A stretch of DNA of 64,000 nt. Origin: a virus. Lineage: Duplodnaviria > Caudoviricetes. Made by a program: the position numbers and the translations under genes. The stretch lies in IMG/VR virus record IMGVR_UViG_3300046531_000318, positions 1 to 64,000 of that record. One strand, given 5' to 3'. The notes below the pieces were generated by a model. That model did not search any database. It was not told the origin of the DNA and saw nothing but the letters and a program-made list of their open reading frames with translations. This document shows, piece by piece, positions 38,402 through 48,532 of the stretch (the stretch's first letter is position 1; every line of letters starts with the position of its first letter).

Positions 38402-39610
38402 TCAGGCTCCCTTCACGCAGAGGACTTGCTTCAGGACGTGGACCACGTCGACCAGGTCGCGCTGGTTCTCCATCACTGCGTCGATGTCCTTGTACGCGGA
38501 TGGGATCTCGTCCAGCACCGCGTCGTCTTTCCGGCACTCGACACCCTCGGTTTGTGCCTTGAGGTCGTCCAGATTGAACACTTTGCGGGCCTGCGTGCGG
38601 CTCATCTTGCGGCCGGCACCGTGCGAGCATGAGCAGTAAGACTCGGCGTTGCCCTTGCCCCGCACGATATAGCTGCGCTGGCCCATCGAGCCCGGGATGA
38701 TGCCAAGGTCGCCTTCGCGCGCGCGGATCGCGCCTTTGCGTGTGACCCACAGGTTGCGGCCGAAGTGGTTTTCCTTTTCGACGTAGTTGTGGTGGCAGTT
38801 GATCGCTTCCTGCGTGATCGTGAATTCGACCGGGATGCGTCTGCGCAGGGCCGCGATAACTGTTTCCATCATCACGCGGCGGTTCTCGAGTGCATAGTTC
38901 TGCGCCCAATTCACCGCTTCAACGTATTCCTTGAAGTCGTCGGTATCCTCGGGCAGGTAGGCGAGATCGCCGTCGGGCAGGCTGATGAAGTACTGCTCCA
39001 TGCGACGCTTTGCCTTCTCGATGAAGTAGCGGCCGATCATGTTGCCAATGCCGCGCGAGCCCGAGTGGAGCATGATCCAAACGTCTTGCGCCTCGTCCAC
39101 GCAAATCTCGATGAAGTGGTTGCCGCTCCCGAGCGTTCCGAGTTGCGTTGCCGCTTTGCGCTGGGCCTGTGCATTGGACTGTGCGGACGCATCGCCAAAG
39201 GCGCGCGCCACACTGTTCGGTATCGTCGTGATCCGGGCAGCCAATGCTTCGATATCGCTATCGCGGCGGTGTGCTCCACCGGCACCAAGCGGCACGTCGC
39301 GCTCGATCTGGTGGCGGATCGCCGTCAGGCTGTCCGGGAGGTCGCTCGCCTTGAGCGACAGGCGCACGGCGTTCATGCCGCATCCGATGTCGACGCCGAC
39401 GGCTGCCGGGATAATGGCCTTGTCCGTGGCGATAACCGTGCCGACCGTCGAGCCTATGCCGGCGTGGACGTCCGGCATGCAGGCCACGCCATTGCCGGCG
39501 ATAAATGGCAGGCGCGCGAGGTTCTTCAGTTGCTTCAGCGCGCTGTCCTCGACTTCGTCGGTCCAGATCTTGATCGGGCGTGAACCCTCGTCGTGCAGAA
39601 CTTGCTTCAT
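38402..39610 (-). CDS. rtcB: RtcB RNA 3'-phosphate/cyclic-phosphate ligase
   Basis: MPDVHAG, DIGCGM, GTLGSGNHFIE, HSGSRG, HHNY, SHGAGR, AYKDI. Confidence 0.95.
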   Translation of the reverse strand: MKQVLHDEGSRPIKIWTDEVEDSALKQLKNLARLPFIAGNGVACMPDVHAGIGSTVGTVIATDKAIIPAAVGVDIGCGMNAVRLSLKASDLPDSLTAIRHQIERDVPLGAGGAHRRDSDIEALAARITTIPNSVARAFGDASAQSNAQAQRKAATQLGTLGSGNHFIEICVDEAQDVWIMLHSGSRGIGNMIGRYFIEKAKRRMEQYFISLPDGDLAYLPEDTDDFKEYVEAVNWAQNYALENRRVMMETVIAALRRRIPVEFTITQEAINCHHNYVEKENHFGRNLWVTRKGAIRAREGDLGIIPGSMGQRSYIVRGKGNAESYCSCSHGAGRKMSRTQARKVFNLDDLKAQTEGVECRKDDAVLDEIPSAYKDIDAVMENQRDLVDVVHVLKQVLCVKGA

Positions 39611-40741
39611 TGTGTCCTCTGTCAGTGCATGGTCGGGGCTTGGACCGGGACGGTCACGAACGTGACCACCTTGCGTACTTCCGGCATGAAGGTGGCTCGT
39701 CTCGGCGTGCCTGCGATCTTTGAGGTGCCTGCCCACGCTTCGGCCGACGTGAAAATCTGCACGGCCAGAATCTCATCGGCGCTCGCGGTCACTTCGGCGA
39801 TGACCTCCGCCGTCAGTGCGCGCGGGCTGCCGTCAGCGTTGCGCGGGACGGCAACGTCGAACGCCTCGGTGATGATGACCACAGCGTCGGGCTTCGGTCT
39901 CACCTGCTCGCGCGCTGACGTGCCTTCGGTCAGAAGCGCTCGGACCACGAACTCCAGGCGGTCCGGTGCCTTGCTCAAAAACTCTTCCGTCAGTTGTTCG
40001 GGCATCTCGGCGACCACGTGTCCGTCGATGCGACGCGCGACCAGGAAGATTGCGGGCTTGAAGCGGCCGTTCGTGTTGAATTCATCGACGGCTGTCTTGG
40101 CGAACTCCGCGTAAAGCGCGGTGATCTGCTCGGGGGTAAAGGTAGCTGTGGCGGTCATAGGGTGGTCAAGTTCGGTTGGCGCTTAAAGCTCGCCGATCCG
40201 GCGGAGGTGGGTGAAAAGCACGCGCTGGCCGGCGCGGACCTGGCTTGCGGTCGACGGCTTGCTTGGCTTGGCCACGCGGCGCGCACGAATCGCGTCGCAC
40301 GCGTTGCAGATCGCGCGGTGCGTGCAGCCGGGAGCGCGGTGCTCGATCGGCTTGTGCGTGCGGCAGGTGAAGCAGAAAAAATCGGCCATGCTTATTCCCA
40401 CTCGAATGGGTATGGCTGCATCGCGTACTCGCGCTCGATTGCCATGCAAGCTTCACGTCCGTCTTGTGCCGGCTGGCGGCTCGCGCGGAGGGCGCGGAAG
40501 AAGGAGAGGATCCGTTTCACGTCGGCTGCTCCATCGACGCGCATTCTTCGCAGATCTGCCGGTTCTCAAGGCGCGGGAAAAATCCGCAGGACTCGCACAT
40601 TTCGAGGTCCGCGTCGTCATGCGGCTGCGCATCGGTCGGCGCAAACTGCGGGCGGGCGTGCTTCTCTTGGGATCGCTTGCTCATGGTGTCTCTCGGGCGG
40701 GTGTCGCGTTGCGCCCGGTCATGCCGGGCGCGGCCTTCTCT

Positions 40742-41290
40742 TTACTTCGCGCGGCGCACGTATTTGCGCTTGGCGGGTGCCGGTGCGGCGGATTGGGCTT
40801 CGGGCTTGGTGTCCTTCACCGGGGCTGCTGCGGGCTTTTTCGCTGCCTTAGCGGGGGCTTTCTTCGCTGCGGCCTGCTTGCTCGCGGTCGCCGCCACCTC
40901 TGCGAGCGCTTTCTGCGCTTCGGGCGGCAGTTCCGGCTTCTTCAGCACGATCAGCGGACCTTGCGGAGTTGCCTCGGTGTGAATGTTCCGGCCGTCGATC
41001 TTCACGCGCTTCGACGCGAGTTCGGCCTGAATTTCCGCACTCAACTGCCCGGCCATTACCGACTCGAGCGCCTGGAGCTTCTCGATTGCCTCTCCGAACG
41101 AGCGCGCCTGGTGCGACAGGATCGCTTTGGCCTGCTGCGCGCATGTCAGAAAGCCTGCTGCGTACGCGGTGTTCGTCTTGCGGATGGCGATCTTTTCGAC
41201 GCCCGGCGCGACCGCCTGTGCGACGTCCAACTTTGCGGGGACTTTGCGCGGTGCGCGTGCCGGTGCGGCTTTGGTTACTGCCTTCTTCAC
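40742..41290 (-). CDS. Basic K/A/P-rich (histone-like tails) protein
   Basis: AAKKAPAKAAKKPAA..KRKYVRRAK. Confidence 0.5.
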   Translation of the reverse strand: MKKAVTKAAPARAPRKVPAKLDVAQAVAPGVEKIAIRKTNTAYAAGFLTCAQQAKAILSHQARSFGEAIEKLQALESVMAGQLSAEIQAELASKRVKIDGRNIHTEATPQGPLIVLKKPELPPEAQKALAEVAATASKQAAAKKAPAKAAKKPAAAPVKDTKPEAQSAAPAPAKRKYVRRAK

Positions 41291-41590
41291 TGAGTTCTCC
41301 GGGGAGTGGGTTACTTGGGTTCGTGCTTGCTGCAGCAGCCTGTCAGCAGCACTGAAAATCCGCCGATGCCGCAGCGGGGATTGGTGCGCGTTTGGAACGA
41401 TTCGTACTGGTTCCACGGGCGCGTGCCGGTGGCGTACTTGATGTCGAACTGCACCAGCTTGCAGTCGCGGCAGATGGGCGCTTTGCCCCTGTATCCCTGC
41501 TCAGCGCGCGCCTGCGCGAATCCATCGAACAGTTCGTTCTGCGGTGCCTGCTGCTGCGTCGTTGCTGTCATCGTCGGTCGCCTTGATAAA

Positions 41591-41660
41591 TCTGCGTTTC
41601 GCGCTGAATTATTGGCGGTTTGCGTGAGTTCCGCAAGCGTTTTTCTGCTTCGCGTGCAGA
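41591..41660. promoter_or_regulatory. Operator-like palindromes at the divergent early/late junction
   Basis: TCTGC-N7-GCTGA (41591) and TCTGC-N7-GCAGA (41644). Confidence 0.55.
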
Positions 41661-41711
41661 TTTCGCTTATGAGGTCGTGACGCCACCATGTCTGCAAACA
41701 TTGGGGGTGTT

Positions 41712-43487
41712 ATGTCTGATTCAGTCACGTCGGTCGCTTTCGACGCTTCGGCGCCGGAAGGTGAGCGCGTCGACGCGCTGGCGAGCCTGCAGCGCGAATA
41801 CATGCCGACCGCGTCGGATCTGCTGCCGCCGGTCGAGTTGCGTGGGTTCATCGAGGAGGCGACTGAGCAGTTCGCCGTCGAGCCGATGCTTAAGGCCATC
41901 GCCGACAACGGAGCGCCTTTCCCGTCGCGGACGGCGCAGCAGAAGCAGCGCGGCATGCAGTCCGTGTTTCTGGATGAGTGGCAGATCAACGTGGCTGGCG
42001 ACTATTGGGAGCGGCCGACGTCGCTTACCTTCGACGCGTTGCGATCGATGGTTCGCCAGACTCCGATCCTGAACGCTGTCGTGATGACGCGCGTGCGGCA
42101 GGTTCAGCGCTTCTGTCGCATCTCGGAAAAAGGCATTGACGCACCCGGCTTCGAAGTGCGGCACGTCGATCGCAAGCACCAGCTCACAAAATCCGAGCAG
42201 GAGTCGATCGGCCTGTTGAACAAGTTCATGCTCAACAACGGCTGGGAGTTCAAGCCGCGGCTTCGGAAGTCGCTGCACCGTGACTCGCTCTCGCAGTTCA
42301 TGGCTAAAAGCGTGCGCGACTCGCTCGTGCTTGACTCGGCCCCTATCGAAACGGAATGGAAGCGCAACAAGAAGCTCGGCATCGACGGCTTCTATGCGGT
42401 GGACGGCGCGACTATTCGCATGTGCACCGAGAACGGGTTCCAGCGTCACCAGGACGTGTTTGCGGTCCAGCTGGTGGACGGGCGGATCACGTCCGCCTAT
42501 ACGCATGACGATCTGATCTACGAGCCCCGCAATCCGGTCACGGACGTCAACGCGGCGGGCTACGGCCTCTCTGAAACGGAGTTGCTGATCCGCATCGTGA
42601 CCGGCTTCATTAACGCGCTCACGTACAACATTCGCGGCTTCGACTCGAACCAGATCCCGAAGGGGCTGTTGCACCTGTCGGGCGGCTACGACGACAAGGA
42701 TCTGAAGGCGTTCAAGCGCTACTGGAATTCGATGGTCAAGGGCGTTAATAACGCCTGGTCACTCCCTGTAATGGTCAGCAAGGACCAGGAGTCGAAGGCC
42801 GCGTTCGAGAAGTTCGGCGTCGAATTCAACGAAATGTACTTCGCCAAGTGGATGACGTTCCTGACGTCGATCATCTGCGCGCTGTACGGCATGTCGCCGG
42901 CTGAAATCAACTTCGACGCATTCTCGGGCGGCACCGCGTCGCCGCTATCGGGCTCTGACACCGCCGAAAAGCTGGCCGCGTCGAAAGACTCGGGTCTGCG
43001 TCCGCTGCTGGCGCACTACGAAAACGTGTTCAGCGACTTCCTCGTTGCGGAGTACTCGTCCGATCTGGTGTTCCGGTGGACTGGCCTCGATCCGGAGGAC
43101 GCGGACAAGCGGCAGGAAATGCGAAAGACCGTGCTCACGGTGAACGAGATTCGCGCAGAGGAAGGCCACGACGCGATGCCAGGCCCGCTCGGCGACGCGC
43201 CGGTGAACCCGGCTCTGATCCAGCCGTGGATGCAGATCAACGGCCTTGGCCAGCCGCAGGACGGCGGAGAGGGCGGAGAGGGCGGAGATGGCGACGGCGC
43301 GGCGCCCGGCGCTGGTCCGGATGCACAGGCTGGCGAGGCGGGGCAGGCGGACGGCGATGCGGCCGATTCCGGCGCGGCCGACGCCGCCGGTGGCCCCGAC
43401 TTCGGCGAGCCGCCAGCGGAGGATTTCGGTAAGTCGCTGGCGTTCAACCTGCCGCCCATTTATTCAACGGAGGATCTGCTCGCATGA
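41712..43487 (+). CDS. Portal protein
   Basis: YAVDGATIR, GYGLSE.E, PKG.L, D/EM.F..W, YG..P.EI, GL.PLL, TVNEIR; late motif at 41674 favours the 41712 start. Confidence 0.9.
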   Translation: MSDSVTSVAFDASAPEGERVDALASLQREYMPTASDLLPPVELRGFIEEATEQFAVEPMLKAIADNGAPFPSRTAQQKQRGMQSVFLDEWQINVAGDYWERPTSLTFDALRSMVRQTPILNAVVMTRVRQVQRFCRISEKGIDAPGFEVRHVDRKHQLTKSEQESIGLLNKFMLNNGWEFKPRLRKSLHRDSLSQFMAKSVRDSLVLDSAPIETEWKRNKKLGIDGFYAVDGATIRMCTENGFQRHQDVFAVQLVDGRITSAYTHDDLIYEPRNPVTDVNAAGYGLSETELLIRIVTGFINALTYNIRGFDSNQIPKGLLHLSGGYDDKDLKAFKRYWNSMVKGVNNAWSLPVMVSKDQESKAAFEKFGVEFNEMYFAKWMTFLTSIICALYGMSPAEINFDAFSGGTASPLSGSDTAEKLAASKDSGLRPLLAHYENVFSDFLVAEYSSDLVFRWTGLDPEDADKRQEMRKTVLTVNEIRAEEGHDAMPGPLGDAPVNPALIQPWMQINGLGQPQDGGEGGEGGDGDGAAPGAGPDAQAGEAGQADGDAADSGAADAAGGPDFGEPPAEDFGKSLAFNLPPIYSTEDLLA

Positions 43488-43855
43488 CCACGCCCATTTT
43501 CATCAAGGCAATTTCGCCAGCAAAGCCGAAGGCCAAACCGGCAGTCAAACACGACGATGTCGCATCGACTGCCGCGTCTGGCAAGTTCGCGGGGCTGCTC
43601 GCGATCCTCGCGGATCACAACCCGAAGAACAAGTTCGGGCCCGAGAAGGTCAAGCCCGGGCACGCGGTCACATTCAAGGCTGGCACGTTCGCTGGTGGCG
43701 GCAAGGTTACCGCTGCTGGCAAGCACGGCGTTACCGTGGAGGACGACGACGCTCGGGCCCACTCGGTGCACTGGCATGAGATCACCGGCCACGTCGGAGA
43801 CGAGGACGAAGAAGGCGACAAGGACGGGAAGCCCAAGGGCAATGCAAAAAAATAA
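43484..43855 (+). CDS. Small head-region protein (SH3-like, IFIKA motif)
   Basis: Lies between portal and head morphogenesis genes. Confidence 0.55.
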   Translation: MTTPIFIKAISPAKPKAKPAVKHDDVASTAASGKFAGLLAILADHNPKNKFGPEKVKPGHAVTFKAGTFAGGGKVTAAGKHGVTVEDDDARAHSVHWHEITGHVGDEDEEGDKDGKPKGNAKK

Positions 43856-45065
43856 CGTGTTCGTCAATCTCGGCGCGCTCTCCTGCGGCTGCACGGACGA
43901 AGTACTTGGCACGCTCGCGAAGGCGCTGTCGGGCGAGGATGGGCTGGGGCACGACATCTGGTCGGAGCACTACAGTCCGTTCGTCCAGTCGCTGATCGAG
44001 CTTTTCTCGTCGCGCGGCCTGCTGATGCTCGACAAGGTAAAGGACGAGCTCAACGCATGGACAGCGGGCAAGCGTTACGTGCCCGCCGGCATTGGCGTGA
44101 CCGGCAAGCCGACGGGCAATCCTGCGCGCCTAGACGCTAACGAGTTAGCGCTGGTCCGGATCTATCTCGAGAACATTCCGCCGGCGCAGTTCTCCGCCCC
44201 TGATTGGGGTCTGCTGGTCGATTACCTCGTCAGCCGCTATATGCCGTACGACACGCTGCAAAGCGAGGCCGAATGGCTGGCCGTCAGGTCGGTGTTTATG
44301 GGGAAGGTGCAGGCCAACATCGCGAACGTGACCAAGGAGCGGGCCGACAGCATTGTCGCGGCGCTGCCCACGACGATGAAGGCGGCGACAAGCAGCTTCA
44401 ACCCATCGGGCGCCATTAAGTTCGTGCTCGAGTACGGCCACGCTCGATGTGCCGACAACATCCAGGCTGTCTCGGATGCCGCGCGGCACCGCCTGAAGCG
44501 CGTCATCATGGCGCACGAAGAACAGCGCCTGCTCGGCGACCGGCCGCCTGCGCACTCGTTGCAAACCCAACTCTTTGACGAGTTCGCGGCGCTCAATCGT
44601 GACTGGCGTCGCATCGCGCTTACCGAAGTCGGCGACAACGCTGGCAATGGCCTGATCGCGTCGCTGAAGCCCGGCACGCGCGTGCGGCGCATCGAGCAGT
44701 ACAACGGCGCTTGCGCTTTCTGCCGCAAGATCAACGGCGCCGTGCTCACGGTCGTGGACCCCAACAAGAAGGACAAGAACTGGGACACGGAAGTGTGGGT
44801 CGGGAAATCTAATGTGGGTCGCTCTGGCGCGAAGCGTAAGCGCGTGGACGATGACCTTGTCGAGCGCTCGGACGCCGAGCTATGGAAGATCGCCGCGGGC
44901 ACCATACACCCGCATTGCCGCGGGTCGTGGATTGTCCTCGAGGACGCAAAGCCCGACGACGATCCGGCCTTTGCGACATGGCTTGACGCGCACTTCGCCA
45001 AGCACCGCCGAACGCCCGAAGAAATCGCCGCCACGCTCCGTGCGCGCGCCAGTTCCCCTGCCTGA
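43842..45065 (+). CDS. Head morphogenesis (MuF/SPP1 gp7-like) protein
   Basis: RDWRRIALTE, ACAFC, HPHCRG.W. Confidence 0.85.
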   Translation: MQKNNVFVNLGALSCGCTDEVLGTLAKALSGEDGLGHDIWSEHYSPFVQSLIELFSSRGLLMLDKVKDELNAWTAGKRYVPAGIGVTGKPTGNPARLDANELALVRIYLENIPPAQFSAPDWGLLVDYLVSRYMPYDTLQSEAEWLAVRSVFMGKVQANIANVTKERADSIVAALPTTMKAATSSFNPSGAIKFVLEYGHARCADNIQAVSDAARHRLKRVIMAHEEQRLLGDRPPAHSLQTQLFDEFAALNRDWRRIALTEVGDNAGNGLIASLKPGTRVRRIEQYNGACAFCRKINGAVLTVVDPNKKDKNWDTEVWVGKSNVGRSGAKRKRVDDDLVERSDAELWKIAAGTIHPHCRGSWIVLEDAKPDDDPAFATWLDAHFAKHRRTPEEIAATLRARASSPA

Positions 45066-45088
45066 AGTCGTGACGCCGTAATGGCGGC

Positions 45089-45310
45089 ATGCACTCGTTC
45101 AGCGTCACGCAGCTTCATCTGGCGGCCTACATCAAAGCGAACGGCGCGACCTTCACTGGTTGCGTCGACCGCGCATTCCATTTCACGTCTGATCGGCCGC
45201 TCGCGGATTGGCGCGTGGCCCATTCGAATTCGTGTTGTCGGCGCGTTGATGGCGAACTGATCGAGCTACGGAAATTTTTGAAAGAGACGAGCCCCGTCGA
45301 AAAGTCGTGA
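45089..45310 (+). CDS. Small protein, apparently leaderless
   Basis: HLAAYIKANG...F.F; ATG sits at the predicted +1 of the motif at 45067. Confidence 0.55.
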   Translation: MHSFSVTQLHLAAYIKANGATFTGCVDRAFHFTSDRPLADWRVAHSNSCCRRVDGELIELRKFLKETSPVEKS

Positions 45311-45326
45311 CGCGAGCATCTCATTC

Positions 45327-46232
45327 ATGAACCACAGCAACGTTTCCGATCAGGCAATCCTCGACGCGGCCCCGAGCTTTCTAAGCATCGGGGAAATGCT
45401 CAAGGCCACGCCCGCGACAGAGGGCGATAAGCGCTTTGTCTACATGGAAGCGTCGAACGAGACGCGCGACCTTCAGAACGAAGTCACGTTGCAGAAAGCG
45501 CTCGCCGAGTCGGCTGAGTACTACCTGAAGTTCGGGAACGTCGACCTCGAGCATTTCACGATTCTCGGTCGTCCGAATCCGGACCTCGGTCGCAAGGGCT
45601 TTCCCGATTACGAGGATTACGAAATCGGGCGCCCGGTGGACGTGCGTTTCGACGGCTCGCGCACGTTCGTGAAAGCGCAGATCAACCAGGGCTCGAGCGA
45701 GTTCTTTGGCAAGGCTAACCGCTTTTGGGCGTCGATCACTGAACTGGATCCGCCCAAGGAGTGGTACCCGAGCGTTGGCGGTGCAGTGCTTGAGAAGTCT
45801 ATCGGGGTGGATGCCGAAACGGGCGAGCGCTACGCGGTGATTTCGAAGGTCCGCTGGTCGAACATCGGCATGAGTCTCACGCCCGTGAATGCCGAACTGA
45901 CGGGCTGTTCGACGGTCCCGTTCGGCGTGCTGGCGAAGTGTCTGCGCCCTGACGGTATCGACCTGCGCAAGTCGCTGACAGTCGGTTACGGCACGGACTC
46001 AGCAACGCTCACCGGCGGCGACGCGCTGCGTATGCAGTCTCTCGCCGGCGGCAACCGCATGCCTTACCGCCAGTTCCGTGACGAACTGGCACATGCAGTC
46101 GGGACAGGTGCGATCAACCCGTCCGACAAGAAGGAATTGGTGCGGGAGGCCGCTTCGCGTTTCGGTCTTTCGAACGCCGACGCTGCGCAGTACGTGGAGC
46201 GGTTTTTGGACGATCTTAAACGCGGCATTTAG
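45327..46232 (+). CDS. Prohead protease
   Basis: ASNE.RD.QNE, GN.D.EH, IG.P, SVGG, TPVN; position before scaffold and capsid genes. Confidence 0.75.
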   Translation: MNHSNVSDQAILDAAPSFLSIGEMLKATPATEGDKRFVYMEASNETRDLQNEVTLQKALAESAEYYLKFGNVDLEHFTILGRPNPDLGRKGFPDYEDYEIGRPVDVRFDGSRTFVKAQINQGSSEFFGKANRFWASITELDPPKEWYPSVGGAVLEKSIGVDAETGERYAVISKVRWSNIGMSLTPVNAELTGCSTVPFGVLAKCLRPDGIDLRKSLTVGYGTDSATLTGGDALRMQSLAGGNRMPYRQFRDELAHAVGTGAINPSDKKELVREAASRFGLSNADAAQYVERFLDDLKRGI

Positions 46233-46240
46233 GAGCTTGT

Positions 46241-46966
46241 ATGGACTTTGAAACACTGCGCGCGCAAATCGCAAGCGCACAGGCCGGCGCCGAAGTGCTG
46301 GCTAAGTCGCTGGCAGCCTCGCCCAGCGAAACCGTCGACAACAAGACCATCGCGGCTGCGGCTGCCGATGGCGCTGCCGCTGGCGGCGCAACGGGCACGA
46401 CCGACGCGGATCCGAACGCCGAAGGCGAGGACAAGGAGAACGGCGATGGAGAGGTGCTCGCCAAGTCGTTCGCGCTGACTCTCGATGACGGCTCTGTCCT
46501 CGAGGCAGTGGACGGCACGGAAATGCTGAAGTCTTTCGCGGCCCAGCTGAACGCCGAAAAGGAAGGCCGCGCAGCCGACAACGGCGAGTTCATGAAGGCG
46601 ATGGGCGCAACGCTCGGCGTCGTCGGCCAACTCACCGCAACGCTTCAGGAGCAGGGCACCGCACTGGCAAACGCTAACAAGCAACTCGCCGAGCTCAAGT
46701 CGCAAGGCGAGACGCTGGCGAAGTCGCTGGCCGCTGTCAGCAACGAAGGGCGCGGTCGTCGCAGCGTGGACGTGACCGTGCACAACAAGGCATCGGACGC
46801 TGGTCAATCGACCGAGAAGCCGCGCCCCGCTGAAATTCTCGCCAAGGCCATGACCGCACTCAGCGCGAAGGCGATCACCGGCGTGGAAGCATCGAAGATC
46901 GAATCGGCCCTGAACGCTGGCTTGATGCCGGAGCAGGCGCTGCTCGACCGAATTTTCACCAAGTAA
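46241..46966 (+). CDS. Scaffold-like protein with repeated LAKS/LKS motifs
   Basis: Acidic coiled-coil between protease and MCP. Confidence 0.7.
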   Translation: MDFETLRAQIASAQAGAEVLAKSLAASPSETVDNKTIAAAAADGAAAGGATGTTDADPNAEGEDKENGDGEVLAKSFALTLDDGSVLEAVDGTEMLKSFAAQLNAEKEGRAADNGEFMKAMGATLGVVGQLTATLQEQGTALANANKQLAELKSQGETLAKSLAAVSNEGRGRRSVDVTVHNKASDAGQSTEKPRPAEILAKAMTALSAKAITGVEASKIESALNAGLMPEQALLDRIFTK

Positions 46967-47006
46967 GCAGCACACCAACGGTACTTTCTGGAGGTTTTAC
47001 CCCGAT

Positions 47007-48458
47007 ATGGACTTTCAACACAGCACTTCCGGCATGTCCACCGCTGGTGCGATGGGCCTGAACGAACTGGACGAGTTGCGCAAGTCGCTCGAAGCCGGTT
47101 ACGAGTCGGACGTCGACGGCATGACCGGCGGCTCGGCCCTGCGTATTCAGTCGCTCGACCTGAACCTGCAAGCAACGGTGCAGGACAATCGTCACTTCGC
47201 GCTGTTCAATGCGTTGCCGAAGCCCCGCGCTACGGCTGTGCTCGATGAATGGACGGAGCAGTCGAGCATCGGTGGCTTCTTCGGCAGCACGTTCAACACA
47301 CAGGACGGCGCCGCGATGGAAACCAACGGGGAATACACCCGTATGGTCGGTCAGGTTAAGTACATGACCACCTATCGCAAGATCCCGATCATCATGCAGC
47401 GTCAGAACAACATCGTTGACGCGACGACGGTCGAAACGACCAACGGCACGAAGCAGCTGCTCACGGATATCGAAGTCGGTCTGTTCGAAGGCGACGATTC
47501 GGTGTTGCCGCTGTCGTTCCCCGGTATCCGCAAGCAGATCGAGAGCCTCGGTTCGAGCGATCACATCATCGATATGGCTGGCGCCCCGTTGAGCGATATC
47601 GCCCCGATCGCGCAAGCGGCCCAGGTGATCTTCGGCTTCGGCAACTTCGGCCGTGCGACGGATATCTACCTGCCGCCGAGCGTGCAGACCGACCTGAACA
47701 TGGATCTGGATCCGGCATTCCGCGTCATCCAGAACGGTCAGGCGAGCGCGACGGTGCGCGGTACGCACGTGTCGGGCATTCAGACGACCTACGGCGAAAT
47801 CGCCACGAAGAACGACGTGTTCATTCGTGACGAAAAGCTGAAGACCCCGTTCGAAATCCGCAGCGCTTTGCACCAGGCGGTCGCGGCTGCGAACGTCGGC
47901 TTCAAGCCGGCATCGATCACGATCACGCCGAACGCTGTCGACGTGAAGTCGAAGTTCCAGGCCAACCAGGGCGGCAACTTCTACTACGCCGTCACGGGTA
48001 TCAACCAGAACGGCGAATCGCAGGCTGTGGTTTCGGCGCAAGCCGCGATCGTGGCGGGCGGCTCGGCATCGATCGCTATCGCCGCGTCGGCTTCGGGTAC
48101 GGAAACGGGCTATGTGATTTATCGCGGTCGTCTGAACGGCACGAACCAACTCTCGGACCTCCGTGAAATGGTGCGTATCCCGAAGACTGGCGCGACGACC
48201 ACGTACCTGGACACGAACTCGGAAATCCCGGGCTCGACCGCATCGTTCGTGCTGAACCTGAGCGAATCGGATCACGCGATCGCCTGGCGTCAGTACCTGC
48301 CGATGATGAAGATCCCGATGGCAGCCGTCAATTCGCCGATCCAGCCGTGGCTGCAGATGATTTGCGGCTTCCTGCGGATCACGAAGCGCAACCAGCACAT
48401 CGTGATCAAAAACATCGTGCCGAACAAGTCGGTCTGGCGCGCGTTCCCGCTGGCGTAA
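47007..48458 (+). CDS. Major capsid protein (Herelleviridae-like)
   Basis: LRKSLEAGY..TGGSALRIQSLD resembles Twort/A511-type MCP N-termini; IE..LFEGD; Ig-like YYYAV insertion. Confidence 0.85.
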   Translation: MDFQHSTSGMSTAGAMGLNELDELRKSLEAGYESDVDGMTGGSALRIQSLDLNLQATVQDNRHFALFNALPKPRATAVLDEWTEQSSIGGFFGSTFNTQDGAAMETNGEYTRMVGQVKYMTTYRKIPIIMQRQNNIVDATTVETTNGTKQLLTDIEVGLFEGDDSVLPLSFPGIRKQIESLGSSDHIIDMAGAPLSDIAPIAQAAQVIFGFGNFGRATDIYLPPSVQTDLNMDLDPAFRVIQNGQASATVRGTHVSGIQTTYGEIATKNDVFIRDEKLKTPFEIRSALHQAVAAANVGFKPASITITPNAVDVKSKFQANQGGNFYYAVTGINQNGESQAVVSAQAAIVAGGSASIAIAASASGTETGYVIYRGRLNGTNQLSDLREMVRIPKTGATTTYLDTNSEIPGSTASFVLNLSESDHAIAWRQYLPMMKIPMAAVNSPIQPWLQMICGFLRITKRNQHIVIKNIVPNKSVWRAFPLA

Positions 48459-48532
48459 TCGGTGCCCCGGCCTAGCCGGGGAATCGTTGAGTACGGAGGC
48501 TCCTTTGGGAGCCTCTTTTCGGAGATAGAGAT

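Noticed and set aside
41688-41711. Portal start at 41688 as in the ORF track
   Set aside because: That ATG overlaps the -10 hexamer of the late motif, whereas 41712 has a GGGGGTG RBS.
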